Under the pieces are notes generated by a model. It searched no databases. It was not told the DNA's origin and saw only the letters and a program-made list of their open reading frames with translations. A stretch of 32,000 bases of DNA from NCBI GenBank assembly GCA_041494705.1, contig JBGQBI010000002.1, positions 390,001 through 422,000 on the forward strand, given 5' to 3'. Position numbers and translations under genes: made by a program. The stretch is from Candidatus Methanoperedens sp. Lineage in GTDB: Archaea; Halobacteriota; Methanosarcinia; Methanosarcinales; Methanoperedenaceae. This document shows, one piece after another, positions 18,273 to 27,286 of this stretch. How positions within the stretch are numbered: the stretch's first letter is position 1; each line of letters begins with the position of its first letter.

Positions 18273-18923
18273 TCATTTTACCTTTATCTTTGACGCTACT
18301 TCTCTTCCCAGGGCGTATCTGGAACCTGAAACGCACACGATTAAAGGTCCTCCGAACGGTGCAACTTCTTCCACTTCTACGCACACATCAGGAATCAATC
18401 CAAGCGATGCGAGGTACTGGAGCATTTTCGGGTCTTCTTCAAACACGCTGACGATAATCCCCTTATCCCCGGCTTTTAATTCCGATAACGGCCTGACTAT
18501 TTCTTTTACAAATACGCCGTCCTTATCAGGTATGGGATGACCGTGCGGGCATGTCCTGGGGTTTCCGAGGCTTTCAGCAATGCGGTCTTCCATCTCAGGA
18601 CTTATTGCATGCTCAAGCCTGCACGCCTCATCGTGCACCTCGTCCCATTTGAAACCCAGAATATCTGTAAGCAACCTCTCGGAGAGCCTGTGCCTGCGAA
18701 TGACTTTTTTAGCCATTTTATTGCCTTCTTCTGTCAGGCATACTCCTTTTTCGATTTGGTTCACCAGACCTTTGTGCGCCAGTTTTTTTATCATCTCGGA
18801 TACGGACGGCGGGGAGAGTTTCAGATGTTCCGCGAGACGTGATGTGCTTACAGGATGCTGTTCCTGCTGGAGTTTGTAGATTGATTCAAGATATTCTTCA
18901 ATCCTTGAGGTATCAGCTTCCAT
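18273..18923 (-). CDS. DtxR/SirR/MntR-family metal-dependent transcriptional repressor with a C-terminal FeoA/SH3-like domain
   Basis: N-terminal wHTH (EEYLESIYKL...VSTSRLAEHLKLSPPSVSEMIKKL), metal-binding and dimerisation region (RRHRLSERLL, EACRLEH, CPHGHPIP), and a C-terminal SH3-like domain (LSELKAGDKGIIV...). Confidence 0.9.
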   Translation of the reverse strand: MEADTSRIEEYLESIYKLQQEQHPVSTSRLAEHLKLSPPSVSEMIKKLAHKGLVNQIEKGVCLTEEGNKMAKKVIRRHRLSERLLTDILGFKWDEVHDEACRLEHAISPEMEDRIAESLGNPRTCPHGHPIPDKDGVFVKEIVRPLSELKAGDKGIIVSVFEEDPKMLQYLASLGLIPDVCVEVEEVAPFGGPLIVCVSGSRYALGREVASKIKVK

Positions 18924-18924
18924 G

Positions 18925-19764
18925 TCATCTCACCTTTTCCGGTGCTTTGAAAGACCTGTAAACAAACATTCCGATAATTATCCAGTAGCCGATATACGAA
19001 AGTACCATTGTCAGTGAAGGGGCTGCGTGGTAGCCAATAAGCGAGCTGAGGCCGCTCCCGATAAGACCATTCTCATGAAGAAGGGGGTAAGAGCCGTCAG
19101 GATTCAGGGGTGGGTTCAAGTCCCACACATGCTCTACCAACGGGGGTATGATTCCGGCTTCGTTGAATCCGCCCACGGCGGTAGCTATCAGCCCGGCTGA
19201 AAACAATATCAGCAGTACGCTTGTATATTTGAAAAATTTGGTTACGTCAAGGCTGTGCATTCCTTTGAACATAACAAACGACATAACGACCACAACCACA
19301 AGCCCGGCAGCAAAACCAAGAATGGTATCAAAAGGGGAATTGATTGCCAGTGTTCCAAGGAACAGGACAGTCTCGACCCCTTCCCTGAATACGGCGATAA
19401 AGGAGAGGACTGCAATTCCCACGGCGTGGCCTTTCGATATGGAGAGGTCTATCTTTTCCTGGACTTCTCCTTTTATCTTTCTTGAATTCTGCGCCATCCA
19501 GAAAATCATGTATGTCAATACAACGGCAGCGGCAAGAGCGGCGCCGCCTTCGAACAGTTGCTCCGCCGTTCCCTGAAGTTCTCCATATACTAATTTGAAT
19601 ACGAGCGCAACCCCGATACTTGCGATTACCGCGCCGATTATACCGGTGTAGATGTAACGATTTAGGTCTTTTCTGCCTATTTTTGCGACATAAGCCGCGA
19701 TTATTCCGATAATCAGGGCTGCTTCAAGCGCTTCCCTGAACGTTATTAAAAAGCTTGCTAACAT
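18925..19764 (-). CDS. FTR1-family high-affinity iron permease
   Basis: Two REXXE iron-binding motifs (FREALEA near the N-terminus, FREGVET mid-protein) lie in a ~7-TM protein. This is the first gene of the FTR1-DtxR-FeoB operon, which has only 1 nt between each stop codon and the next start. Confidence 0.9.
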   Translation of the reverse strand: MLASFLITFREALEAALIIGIIAAYVAKIGRKDLNRYIYTGIIGAVIASIGVALVFKLVYGELQGTAEQLFEGGAALAAAVVLTYMIFWMAQNSRKIKGEVQEKIDLSISKGHAVGIAVLSFIAVFREGVETVLFLGTLAINSPFDTILGFAAGLVVVVVMSFVMFKGMHSLDVTKFFKYTSVLLILFSAGLIATAVGGFNEAGIIPPLVEHVWDLNPPLNPDGSYPLLHENGLIGSGLSSLIGYHAAPSLTMVLSYIGYWIIIGMFVYRSFKAPEKVR

Positions 19765-19783
19765 AAGGTATCCTTTTTCTATT

Positions 19784-19801
19784 AATTAGGTATACCTAAT
19801 T
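19784..19801. promoter_or_regulatory. 18-bp perfect palindrome aattaggtatacctaatt, a candidate DtxR-family operator in the iron-operon promoter
   Basis: The site is 20-37 nt upstream of the FTR1 start codon. Its outer arms TTAGGT/ACCTAA equal the arms of the classical DtxR/IdeR box TTAGGTTAGCCTAACCTAA. A TTAGCCTA element (19813-19820) and a TATA-like ttatata (minus strand, about 19819-19826) lie just upstream. Confidence 0.55.
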
Positions 19802-19865
19802 TGTAGGTTTTGTTAGCCTATATAATTTTCGGTGAGTATTATAAGCTATAAGCCACAAACATGGC

Positions 19866-20102
19866 TCATCGCACACTCCGCAGCTTATGACTGACCTGTT
19901 TTCCCAGTTCCGTCAAAGCATATTTCCCACCTGAAAGTGCTAAAAGCTTTTTCCCCACCAGTTCTTCAATACTCTTATCCGCCCCCACCATCCGGGCTGT
20001 TTTAGCTATGGTAGCGCTGTCCAAGGGTCCCTTTGAATCCAGTACAGCAAGAATCTTGCTTGCTTTTTGGTTACTTGCAACAAAACCGATTAATTCTTCC
20101 AT
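19866..20102 (-). CDS. Small winged-helix protein (78 aa), hypothetical regulator
   Basis: KILAVLDSKGPLDSATIAKTARM...LVGKKLLALSGGKYALTELG resembles a MarR/TrmB-like wHTH. The gene is divergent from the SRP RNA. Confidence 0.5.
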   Translation of the reverse strand: MEELIGFVASNQKASKILAVLDSKGPLDSATIAKTARMVGADKSIEELVGKKLLALSGGKYALTELGKQVSHKLRSVR

Positions 20103-20160
20103 AATCTTACTCTATAACCCCAGTTGAGATAACTTTATTGCATGCAAACAACAATATCAC

Positions 20161-20477
20161 AGCGGCGGGCTAGCCCGGGTAATTCGGCGTTACCTGTAAC
20201 CCGAAACCGTCGATAGCGGGGGGCGAAGCCAGAGGAAGAAGTTTTGACTGTTGCCCGGCCCGCAGGTTCTACTGTGAAACCCCGTCCTGTGGGGCTAGTG
20301 TCGGTGCAAGGGCTTTCCTGAAGGAAGGTTTTTGTATCTTAATTGCGGACAAAGGTCTAGGCCCGGAAGGGAGCAAACCGCCCGTGAACAACTAACGCTC
20401 ACGGGGGCGCGGGGCGGAGGCGAGTTTGCGGTCAACCGGACAGCGGAAGGGACTACGACCCGAGGCATGCCCGCTAC
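20161..20477 (+). ncRNA. Archaeal signal recognition particle RNA (7S RNA)
   Basis: The 5' domain GGGCTAGCCCGGG..TTCGGCG..CCTGTAACCCGAAACCG.CGATA fits the archaeal SRP Alu-domain pattern. The helix-8 signature AGGCCCGGAAGGGAGCAA is at about 20359-20376. The 5' GCGGGC pairs with the 3' GCCCGC. Length is ~317 nt, it ends in a TTTT run, and a TATA-like aactttatt lies ~25 nt upstream. Confidence 0.85.
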
Positions 20478-20494
20478 TTTTAATAGATTAAAGA

Positions 20495-20514
20495 AAGGAT
20501 TTTAATTTATCCTT
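20495..20514. terminator. Short hairpin (aaggat-N8-atcctt) between the convergent SRP RNA and cytochrome gene
   Basis: A 6-bp inverted repeat is visible in the sequence and overlaps the cytochrome stop codon. Archaeal termination usually relies on T-runs, so its function is uncertain. Confidence 0.3.
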
Positions 20515-23500
20515 AACCTCGCTTTGAAATAATGAGATAAACAACCATTAAAGAGATTATTATAGAACCTAAATCCAAATCAGCGGCATTCTTCTTGTTC
20601 TGGCCGGCACCCTGTGCATCAGAAACTATAGTAAAGTTTACTGGATAAAATTCACCCCACGTGTTATTTCTCTCCATTGAATGGATATAAATTATATGCG
20701 TCCCGGTTGAAATACCGCTTGTATTGATTTCAGTAGCTAACTGTTCAACTTGCGAGTCAAAAACACCGTCAACGGCTTTAAGAGGTATTCCATATCCAGG
20801 GCTGCCTTTTGTATCTATGAAGTATTCAGCAGATCTTATTTTCATCCCGATACCGCCTGCTGCTGTCGCTGTCAATTTCACCGATTCTGTGCTATTGATA
20901 ACAGTCCGGGATAAATTAGCTTCACTTATGGAAGGCAGCATCTGGGGTCTAATAATCTCATGTGACCTTGGCATGTGACATAATTCGCAGGCAGAAAAAT
21001 ATCCATGAGCTTCGTCGCTGAGATTTACTGCTCCATACGTCGGTTTATCCTGGTATGTATGACATGATGTGCAGTTCCTTGGCATAACGTATGTGGGTGA
21101 ATGCGTATTTGGTTCGGTTCCATCTGTATGGCATGCCAGGCATGCTTTATCAATGCTATCTGACATATAGGCATTATCAGGCGCTGCTGCATTCAATATT
21201 GAATGTTTTCCAAGCCGTGATGAAATAGCATTGACCTGAGAAATTCTAAGGTTCTTTGAGGAATCATGACATCTCACACAATCAGCCCAATCCCTGGGAT
21301 TATCAAACAGGTTTGGAGTATGCAGGCTTGCCGGGATTTTTCCAAGTGTGAACCTGTCGCCGGGATGAAGCCAGCTGCTATTATACCCGAATTGAGTGGT
21401 GTTAGCGGTAGTCTTCAATACCTGTGTCGACAGGAGTTGCGAATCCTGAAGTACGATAAAGTCTTTCTGCCCCAGGAAAACGCTTGAAACGTTTGTAGTG
21501 AAAATGGTCATATTGGTGTCAGTATATTCTTTATACCTGATATCGGTATAATAATCGAACACCGAGCCGGCAGTGACCACATCATCTTCGACGGTTTTAT
21601 TATCGATCCTGAATTCCAGCCATGCCTGCCTGTCCGTACTGGAGGCTTTGAATTTCAAAGAATAATTGTCAGCCATCTGCCACGTTTGTCCATCTTCTAA
21701 ATATTTCTGATAAGTAGGGACTGAAATGAACTTATCCATAATACCGAGCTGGTCAAACACATAATCCTCATCGTTGAAGTAAATCTTACTCTTATTTTCT
21801 AATTTATGATCGAGTAACACTCCGGTATAATAGATTATATCCCGCCCCTCATCTTTTGCTTCTCTATCAATGACCTTATATCGTTCTTTTTCCGTTGAAT
21901 ACCGGTACATGTGACAGGCAAAGCAAGCGCTGTCCTTGCTTTCCTTTTCAGTGTGGATCTTTCGCGGCCTGTATGCCTCGAATATGATAAAACTTTCTTT
22001 AACGCCAGTAAAGATGGAGTTTATGCGCACCGTAATTGCAGGTGTCTTGAACGTTGCATTATCGATTGTGACCTCTCTCTCGTAAGTATATGGGTTATCC
22101 TGGCCAACCATTGCCTGGTCCACGATAACATCTTTATTCAGGATCTGGATAAAGGCGTCCCCTCTTAAAGCTGAAATTTCTATTAATTTCAATGAGTAAC
22201 CTTCACCAAGATATACGGTCTGCCCTTGGAAGAGAGTAATATTGTTATCTTCTCTATTTACCTCGATAGTGCCTACCCTGTCCTTATTGATCAGCGTGGC
22301 ATTTCCCCAGTCCTTACTGTTATCCTTATCGAGATGGCAATAAATGCAATTGAAAGAATCGACTAAGTTATCTTTTGACCCATAATGCGATACGAGAGCA
22401 AGATTTGAATTGTTATCTTTTGTTACTAAACTGTTTATATGGCAGTTCTGGCATTGCTCTGTTGTTGTTATATTGTAATTTGTAACGTTATTTGGATTAC
22501 TATTCAGGCTTGCGTTCTGGAAGTGCGAATAAATCATTGTCTCGTTGTATTGTGACTGTGAAATCGAGTGGCAGTCATCATTATTGCAGTTATTTGGGGC
22601 ATTGTAATTAGAGGGATGTCTGTCTGTCGGTTGTGCGCTCTCACTTCCATCGCCATCCCCGTGGCACGCCCAGCAGCGTGAATTATTTGCGCTCGTAGAA
22701 TTTGAATTGTTGAAATTCAGGTTGCGATGTACCGAGTCAGTGTTATTGAGTGAGGAAAAACTTACCTCCTTTTGTGCAATTCCCCCGGTATCATGGCAAT
22801 TAATACAATTAACTCCACCTACAGCCAAATTATGCATGAATCCTGTAATACTCGTACTTGAGTTCACGCTCCCGTGGCAGTTCCTGCATGTGCTATCATT
22901 GTAATCGGAAAAACCGCTATGATTGTAATAAGCAGGATTACTCTTGTTTGCTCCGAAGCTTGCATTTCCCGTAATCTCAGGCGGGACTAACAACGGTTCA
23001 TTTGGAAAGTTAAAGGTACTGACTGTATCGTTAGAGGTATTGGCTCCGCTTGAATAGCCCTGCCAGTGGCATGAAGCACACCAAGAAGTGCTTGTTGAGA
23101 TTGTAGAGTTTACCGTGTTGCTGCCTTGTAACAGCGAAGGTCTGCCTAAAGCAGTGGCATTGTGCAGGGTTATGCCGTGGCAGTAGAGGCATGACGAATT
23201 TTGTGCGCTGCCATCTGTTCCGTTTATCCAGTAACCCGGAGTTTCATTCCATTTTCTGCCGGAGTTTATATCAGCGCCGTGACTCACGGGTTTTGGAATC
23301 TGAGGGGGGTCACTTCCTGAGTATGCGCCTGCCCGTGGCTTTAACAACAAAGCGTCTAAAAATGTGGAATTCTGGTGGCAGTTTGTGCAGTTGCCCCTGT
23401 CCGCAGAAGTGCTGCCGTTTATGTAAGTGGCATTCCGGGCAAACACCTTAATCATGTGCGCATCCTGGCTGTGACATACAGTGCAGTTCACGCTGTTGTT

Positions 23501-24982
23501 GTGGCGCTGGTATGCATTATGGCAGGCAGTGCACTGGGTGTACTCTGTAACATTATTCGTATTCGCAGGCAGAGGGTCGGGTTTTGTGACGTTGTGCGCG
23601 GGTCCATGACATACAACGCATGGAACTGATGCAATTAAACTGGAATTCGTACCGTTGTGTGCAGTAAGTGGGGTTCCAGTACTATAATTATAAGAATATA
23701 CCGAAATATTCACTCCCGTGACATTATTATCAGGTCCTGGTGTTAAATTAGCCAAGGTGCTTATATTTGTGAGGTTGTTATTGTATATAGGATGGCAATC
23801 GTAACAGCTCGGCATCTTTGGAATTCCCGCTCCACCGCCACCCGTTTGATCCTTTATGTAAGTCCAGTTACCATGGCAGAAATCACATGATCTATTCTTA
23901 TGAACATCATTTGTATAACCATATGCATCTGAATTGTTTGCCGAATATCCAGGGTGGCAAAAATAGCATCCTCTTCCTGAACTGGAATGGCTGTTAAATA
24001 AGTGTGCCACTTGAGCGAATGAATTGTTTTTGCCGTAACCCCCCGTATAGGGGGAACGCGGATAATTAAGATTAGAACCATTAAGGGTAATAGCAGTTAT
24101 CCTATGACAATATCCACGAGTACTGCTACAAGTAATAGCTGCACCAGTAGTAGAATTCCTACCGCTAGTCATATTTCCCCCACCTAGTATGCTCATATTC
24201 GTACTACCCCTCACGGCTGAATTGCTTGTATTATAGGCAGTTATAGTCCAATTGCCATAGTCAGTATCATTGACAATAGTAAAATCACCGCTCGCATTAT
24301 AGGAAACACTTGCCAAACCATTCTGTTGGGTTATGTTAAATAGAGTCGTTTTTAATGTTCCATTTGCATAAATCTCAAAAGTAATGTTTGTTCCGTTAAC
24401 CGGCAATCCATTATCTAAGAGCAAAGCAAAAGCAGTGAAATTTCCACTGAGATTAAAAGTGTAGAGTGATGTCTTTTGCCAGGGAGCGTAAATTGAGTAT
24501 CTGTTGGTTGCGACTCGTATGATCTCCGCGCCGCCTGTTGCTGAAACACCAAATGGTGAAAAAGAAGTTGTGGTCGCTGTGAGTATATTGTTTGCAGCGT
24601 CCACCGTTGTAGCCAGCGGCTCCCACGCGGCGCCATTCCAGTGGTAAATTACCAGCCCGTTCTCATCCATTCCTTTAATTTCTGCATCGGTGTAACGTAT
24701 CGTTACTGTTGCAGGAGAATGGGAATTTCTGCTTGCGCCGATTTCCATGAATTTTATAGCTTTTCCCGGAAGCGGAACCGGGACGGGGTTGTTTTTCCCA
24801 TAATCCTCAATGATAATCTCTCCGCCGCTTGCATTTCTGGTCTGATTCTCTTTTGTAGAGTTAACAGAATCATTGCATGGATGGCAGTCTGAATAGCTCG
24901 CCCCCCTTAGCCAGGGGATGAAAGCCACTACTATTACTAAAAACAAAAATAAAATTATAATAAATTGCTTTGGTATTTGCAT
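20513..24982 (-). CDS. Giant multiheme c-type cytochrome (1489 aa) with an inserted S-layer duplication-like domain and a C-terminal TM anchor
   Basis: N-terminal signal/TM (FIIILFLFLVIVVAFIPWL). A PGF-pre-PGF-like domain spans residues ~55-150 (LVIYHWNGAAWEPLATTVDAANNILTATTTSFSPFGV). There are 19 canonical CxxCH motifs: 14 between residues 339 and 883, one at 1020-1024, and four between 1235 and 1336. A CNNDDCH (CX4CH) lies at 799-805. A heme-poor beta-rich region at ~900-1215 resembles the Methanosarcina S-layer DUF1608 pattern. The protein ends in an Ig-like domain and the TM helix IIISLMVVYLII-SKRG. Confidence 0.9.
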   Translation of the reverse strand: MQIPKQFIIILFLFLVIVVAFIPWLRGASYSDCHPCNDSVNSTKENQTRNASGGEIIIEDYGKNNPVPVPLPGKAIKFMEIGASRNSHSPATVTIRYTDAEIKGMDENGLVIYHWNGAAWEPLATTVDAANNILTATTTSFSPFGVSATGGAEIIRVATNRYSIYAPWQKTSLYTFNLSGNFTAFALLLDNGLPVNGTNITFEIYANGTLKTTLFNITQQNGLASVSYNASGDFTIVNDTDYGNWTITAYNTSNSAVRGSTNMSILGGGNMTSGRNSTTGAAITCSSTRGYCHRITAITLNGSNLNYPRSPYTGGYGKNNSFAQVAHLFNSHSSSGRGCYFCHPGYSANNSDAYGYTNDVHKNRSCDFCHGNWTYIKDQTGGGGAGIPKMPSCYDCHPIYNNNLTNISTLANLTPGPDNNVTGVNISVYSYNYSTGTPLTAHNGTNSSLIASVPCVVCHGPAHNVTKPDPLPANTNNVTEYTQCTACHNAYQRHNNSVNCTVCHSQDAHMIKVFARNATYINGSTSADRGNCTNCHQNSTFLDALLLKPRAGAYSGSDPPQIPKPVSHGADINSGRKWNETPGYWINGTDGSAQNSSCLYCHGITLHNATALGRPSLLQGSNTVNSTISTSTSWCASCHWQGYSSGANTSNDTVSTFNFPNEPLLVPPEITGNASFGANKSNPAYYNHSGFSDYNDSTCRNCHGSVNSSTSITGFMHNLAVGGVNCINCHDTGGIAQKEVSFSSLNNTDSVHRNLNFNNSNSTSANNSRCWACHGDGDGSESAQPTDRHPSNYNAPNNCNNDDCHSISQSQYNETMIYSHFQNASLNSNPNNVTNYNITTTEQCQNCHINSLVTKDNNSNLALVSHYGSKDNLVDSFNCIYCHLDKDNSKDWGNATLINKDRVGTIEVNREDNNITLFQGQTVYLGEGYSLKLIEISALRGDAFIQILNKDVIVDQAMVGQDNPYTYEREVTIDNATFKTPAITVRINSIFTGVKESFIIFEAYRPRKIHTEKESKDSACFACHMYRYSTEKERYKVIDREAKDEGRDIIYYTGVLLDHKLENKSKIYFNDEDYVFDQLGIMDKFISVPTYQKYLEDGQTWQMADNYSLKFKASSTDRQAWLEFRIDNKTVEDDVVTAGSVFDYYTDIRYKEYTDTNMTIFTTNVSSVFLGQKDFIVLQDSQLLSTQVLKTTANTTQFGYNSSWLHPGDRFTLGKIPASLHTPNLFDNPRDWADCVRCHDSSKNLRISQVNAISSRLGKHSILNAAAPDNAYMSDSIDKACLACHTDGTEPNTHSPTYVMPRNCTSCHTYQDKPTYGAVNLSDEAHGYFSACELCHMPRSHEIIRPQMLPSISEANLSRTVINSTESVKLTATAAGGIGMKIRSAEYFIDTKGSPGYGIPLKAVDGVFDSQVEQLATEINTSGISTGTHIIYIHSMERNNTWGEFYPVNFTIVSDAQGAGQNKKNAADLDLGSIIISLMVVYLIISKRG

Positions 24983-25161
24983 TTTTGTACCCCGTACTCT
25001 TTTTTGCTCTCACCCTCTTCATTCAACAGCATCTGCTATTTTAAAAAACGTTTTTCCCTGTTTATTATATATTTGTGTTGTCCCTTTAATTATAATTAAT
25101 GGTAATTTGTCGCAAAGATAAGTTTAAAACGTTTGGTCTTTAACTATAATGCCAGTCCTGA

Positions 25162-26151
25162 TTACTGCGTAATCCCCGTCACCACGTCTTTCTTGAAATC
25201 AAATACAGTCACGCACTCATCATTGTAACAAATATCCAATCTTGATGTATCTTCAATAACGCCAATATTTGCTGCCGTGTATCCTGCATTTTCAAAAAGC
25301 CTGATTACTTCGGATTCATTTTCAGGTAAAGACGTAACTATGAAACCGGTGGCGGGATGAATCTTTAACCACTGCACAAATTCAATATCATGCGGCGCAG
25401 GTATTTTTGAAAGATCAACGCGCGCCCCTTTTCCGCTTGTCTCAAGCAGCATACCCAGCGTTCCGATTAATCCGGGATTGCTGATGTCCTTTCCGGCCGT
25501 AACAAGTTTTCTCTCCCCAAGCTCCTGCATCACCCTGTATTTTCCGCGCACTGCCTCCGGCTCTTTCATGGTTGTAGAATCAAAACTATACGGCGAATTC
25601 GGGCCAGCTTTCCCATCCATGTCATAAGCAGCGATTATGGAATCACCCGCTCCTGCCGTGCCGCTTCTTATCTCGCAGCCCCTTTTTACGGTACCAATAA
25701 TTGCAACCGAGAGCGAAGTATAGGGGGTATCGGGATGCAGATGTCCGCCAACCATCGGAACTCCGAACTTGGCTATGCCATCCCTTATTCCGCGAAGAAG
25801 TTCCTTGCATGCATGTTTATTATCAGATGAAAGAACATTGACCATTGCGACCGGTCTTCCACCCATTGCAGCTATATCATTGACATTGACGAGTACCGAC
25901 GTGTATCCAGCCCACCAGGGGCTTGCGTTTACAAGGCGCCCCCAGATGCCATCGGCGGCAAACAGTATGTAATCATCGCCACCAATATCGATGACAGCGG
26001 CGTCATCACCGAAATCCACTATGGAATTTGAATATTCGGAGCGTACGCTTTCGAAAATATTTATCAGGTCTGCGATCGGTTTTTTCCGCGTCACGCCTTC
26101 AAATTCACGGATTTCTTTTGCTATTCTCTGTAAGTCCATTATACTGACCAC
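25162..26151 (-). CDS. AIR synthase-related (PurM/ThiL/HypE superfamily) protein, possibly methanogenesis marker protein 2
   Basis: PurM-type N-domain motifs (FGDDAAVIDIGG, AADGIW, NDIAAMGG) and a C-domain. The ~330-aa size and archaeal context fit the methanogen-specific marker-2 family, but I cannot confirm this by eye. Confidence 0.7.
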   Translation of the reverse strand: MVSIMDLQRIAKEIREFEGVTRKKPIADLINIFESVRSEYSNSIVDFGDDAAVIDIGGDDYILFAADGIWGRLVNASPWWAGYTSVLVNVNDIAAMGGRPVAMVNVLSSDNKHACKELLRGIRDGIAKFGVPMVGGHLHPDTPYTSLSVAIIGTVKRGCEIRSGTAGAGDSIIAAYDMDGKAGPNSPYSFDSTTMKEPEAVRGKYRVMQELGERKLVTAGKDISNPGLIGTLGMLLETSGKGARVDLSKIPAPHDIEFVQWLKIHPATGFIVTSLPENESEVIRLFENAGYTAANIGVIEDTSRLDICYNDECVTVFDFKKDVVTGITQ

Positions 26152-26164
26152 GCAGCATGATTAA

Positions 26165-27286
<1,122 letters not shown>

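Noticed and set aside
19807-19826. A second full 19-bp DtxR box centred on GTTAGCCTA
   Set aside because: Only the central 9 nt match the consensus, and the flanks match poorly (about 12 of 19 by eye). It also overlaps the TATA-like element. I mention it only as a possible half-site.
24875-24886. CHPC near the N-terminus of the giant cytochrome (residues 33-36) as an additional heme or thioredoxin-like motif
   Set aside because: It is not a CxxCH arrangement, since the His lies between the cysteines. It sits right after the signal/TM segment, and nothing supports a redox-active CxxC fold there.
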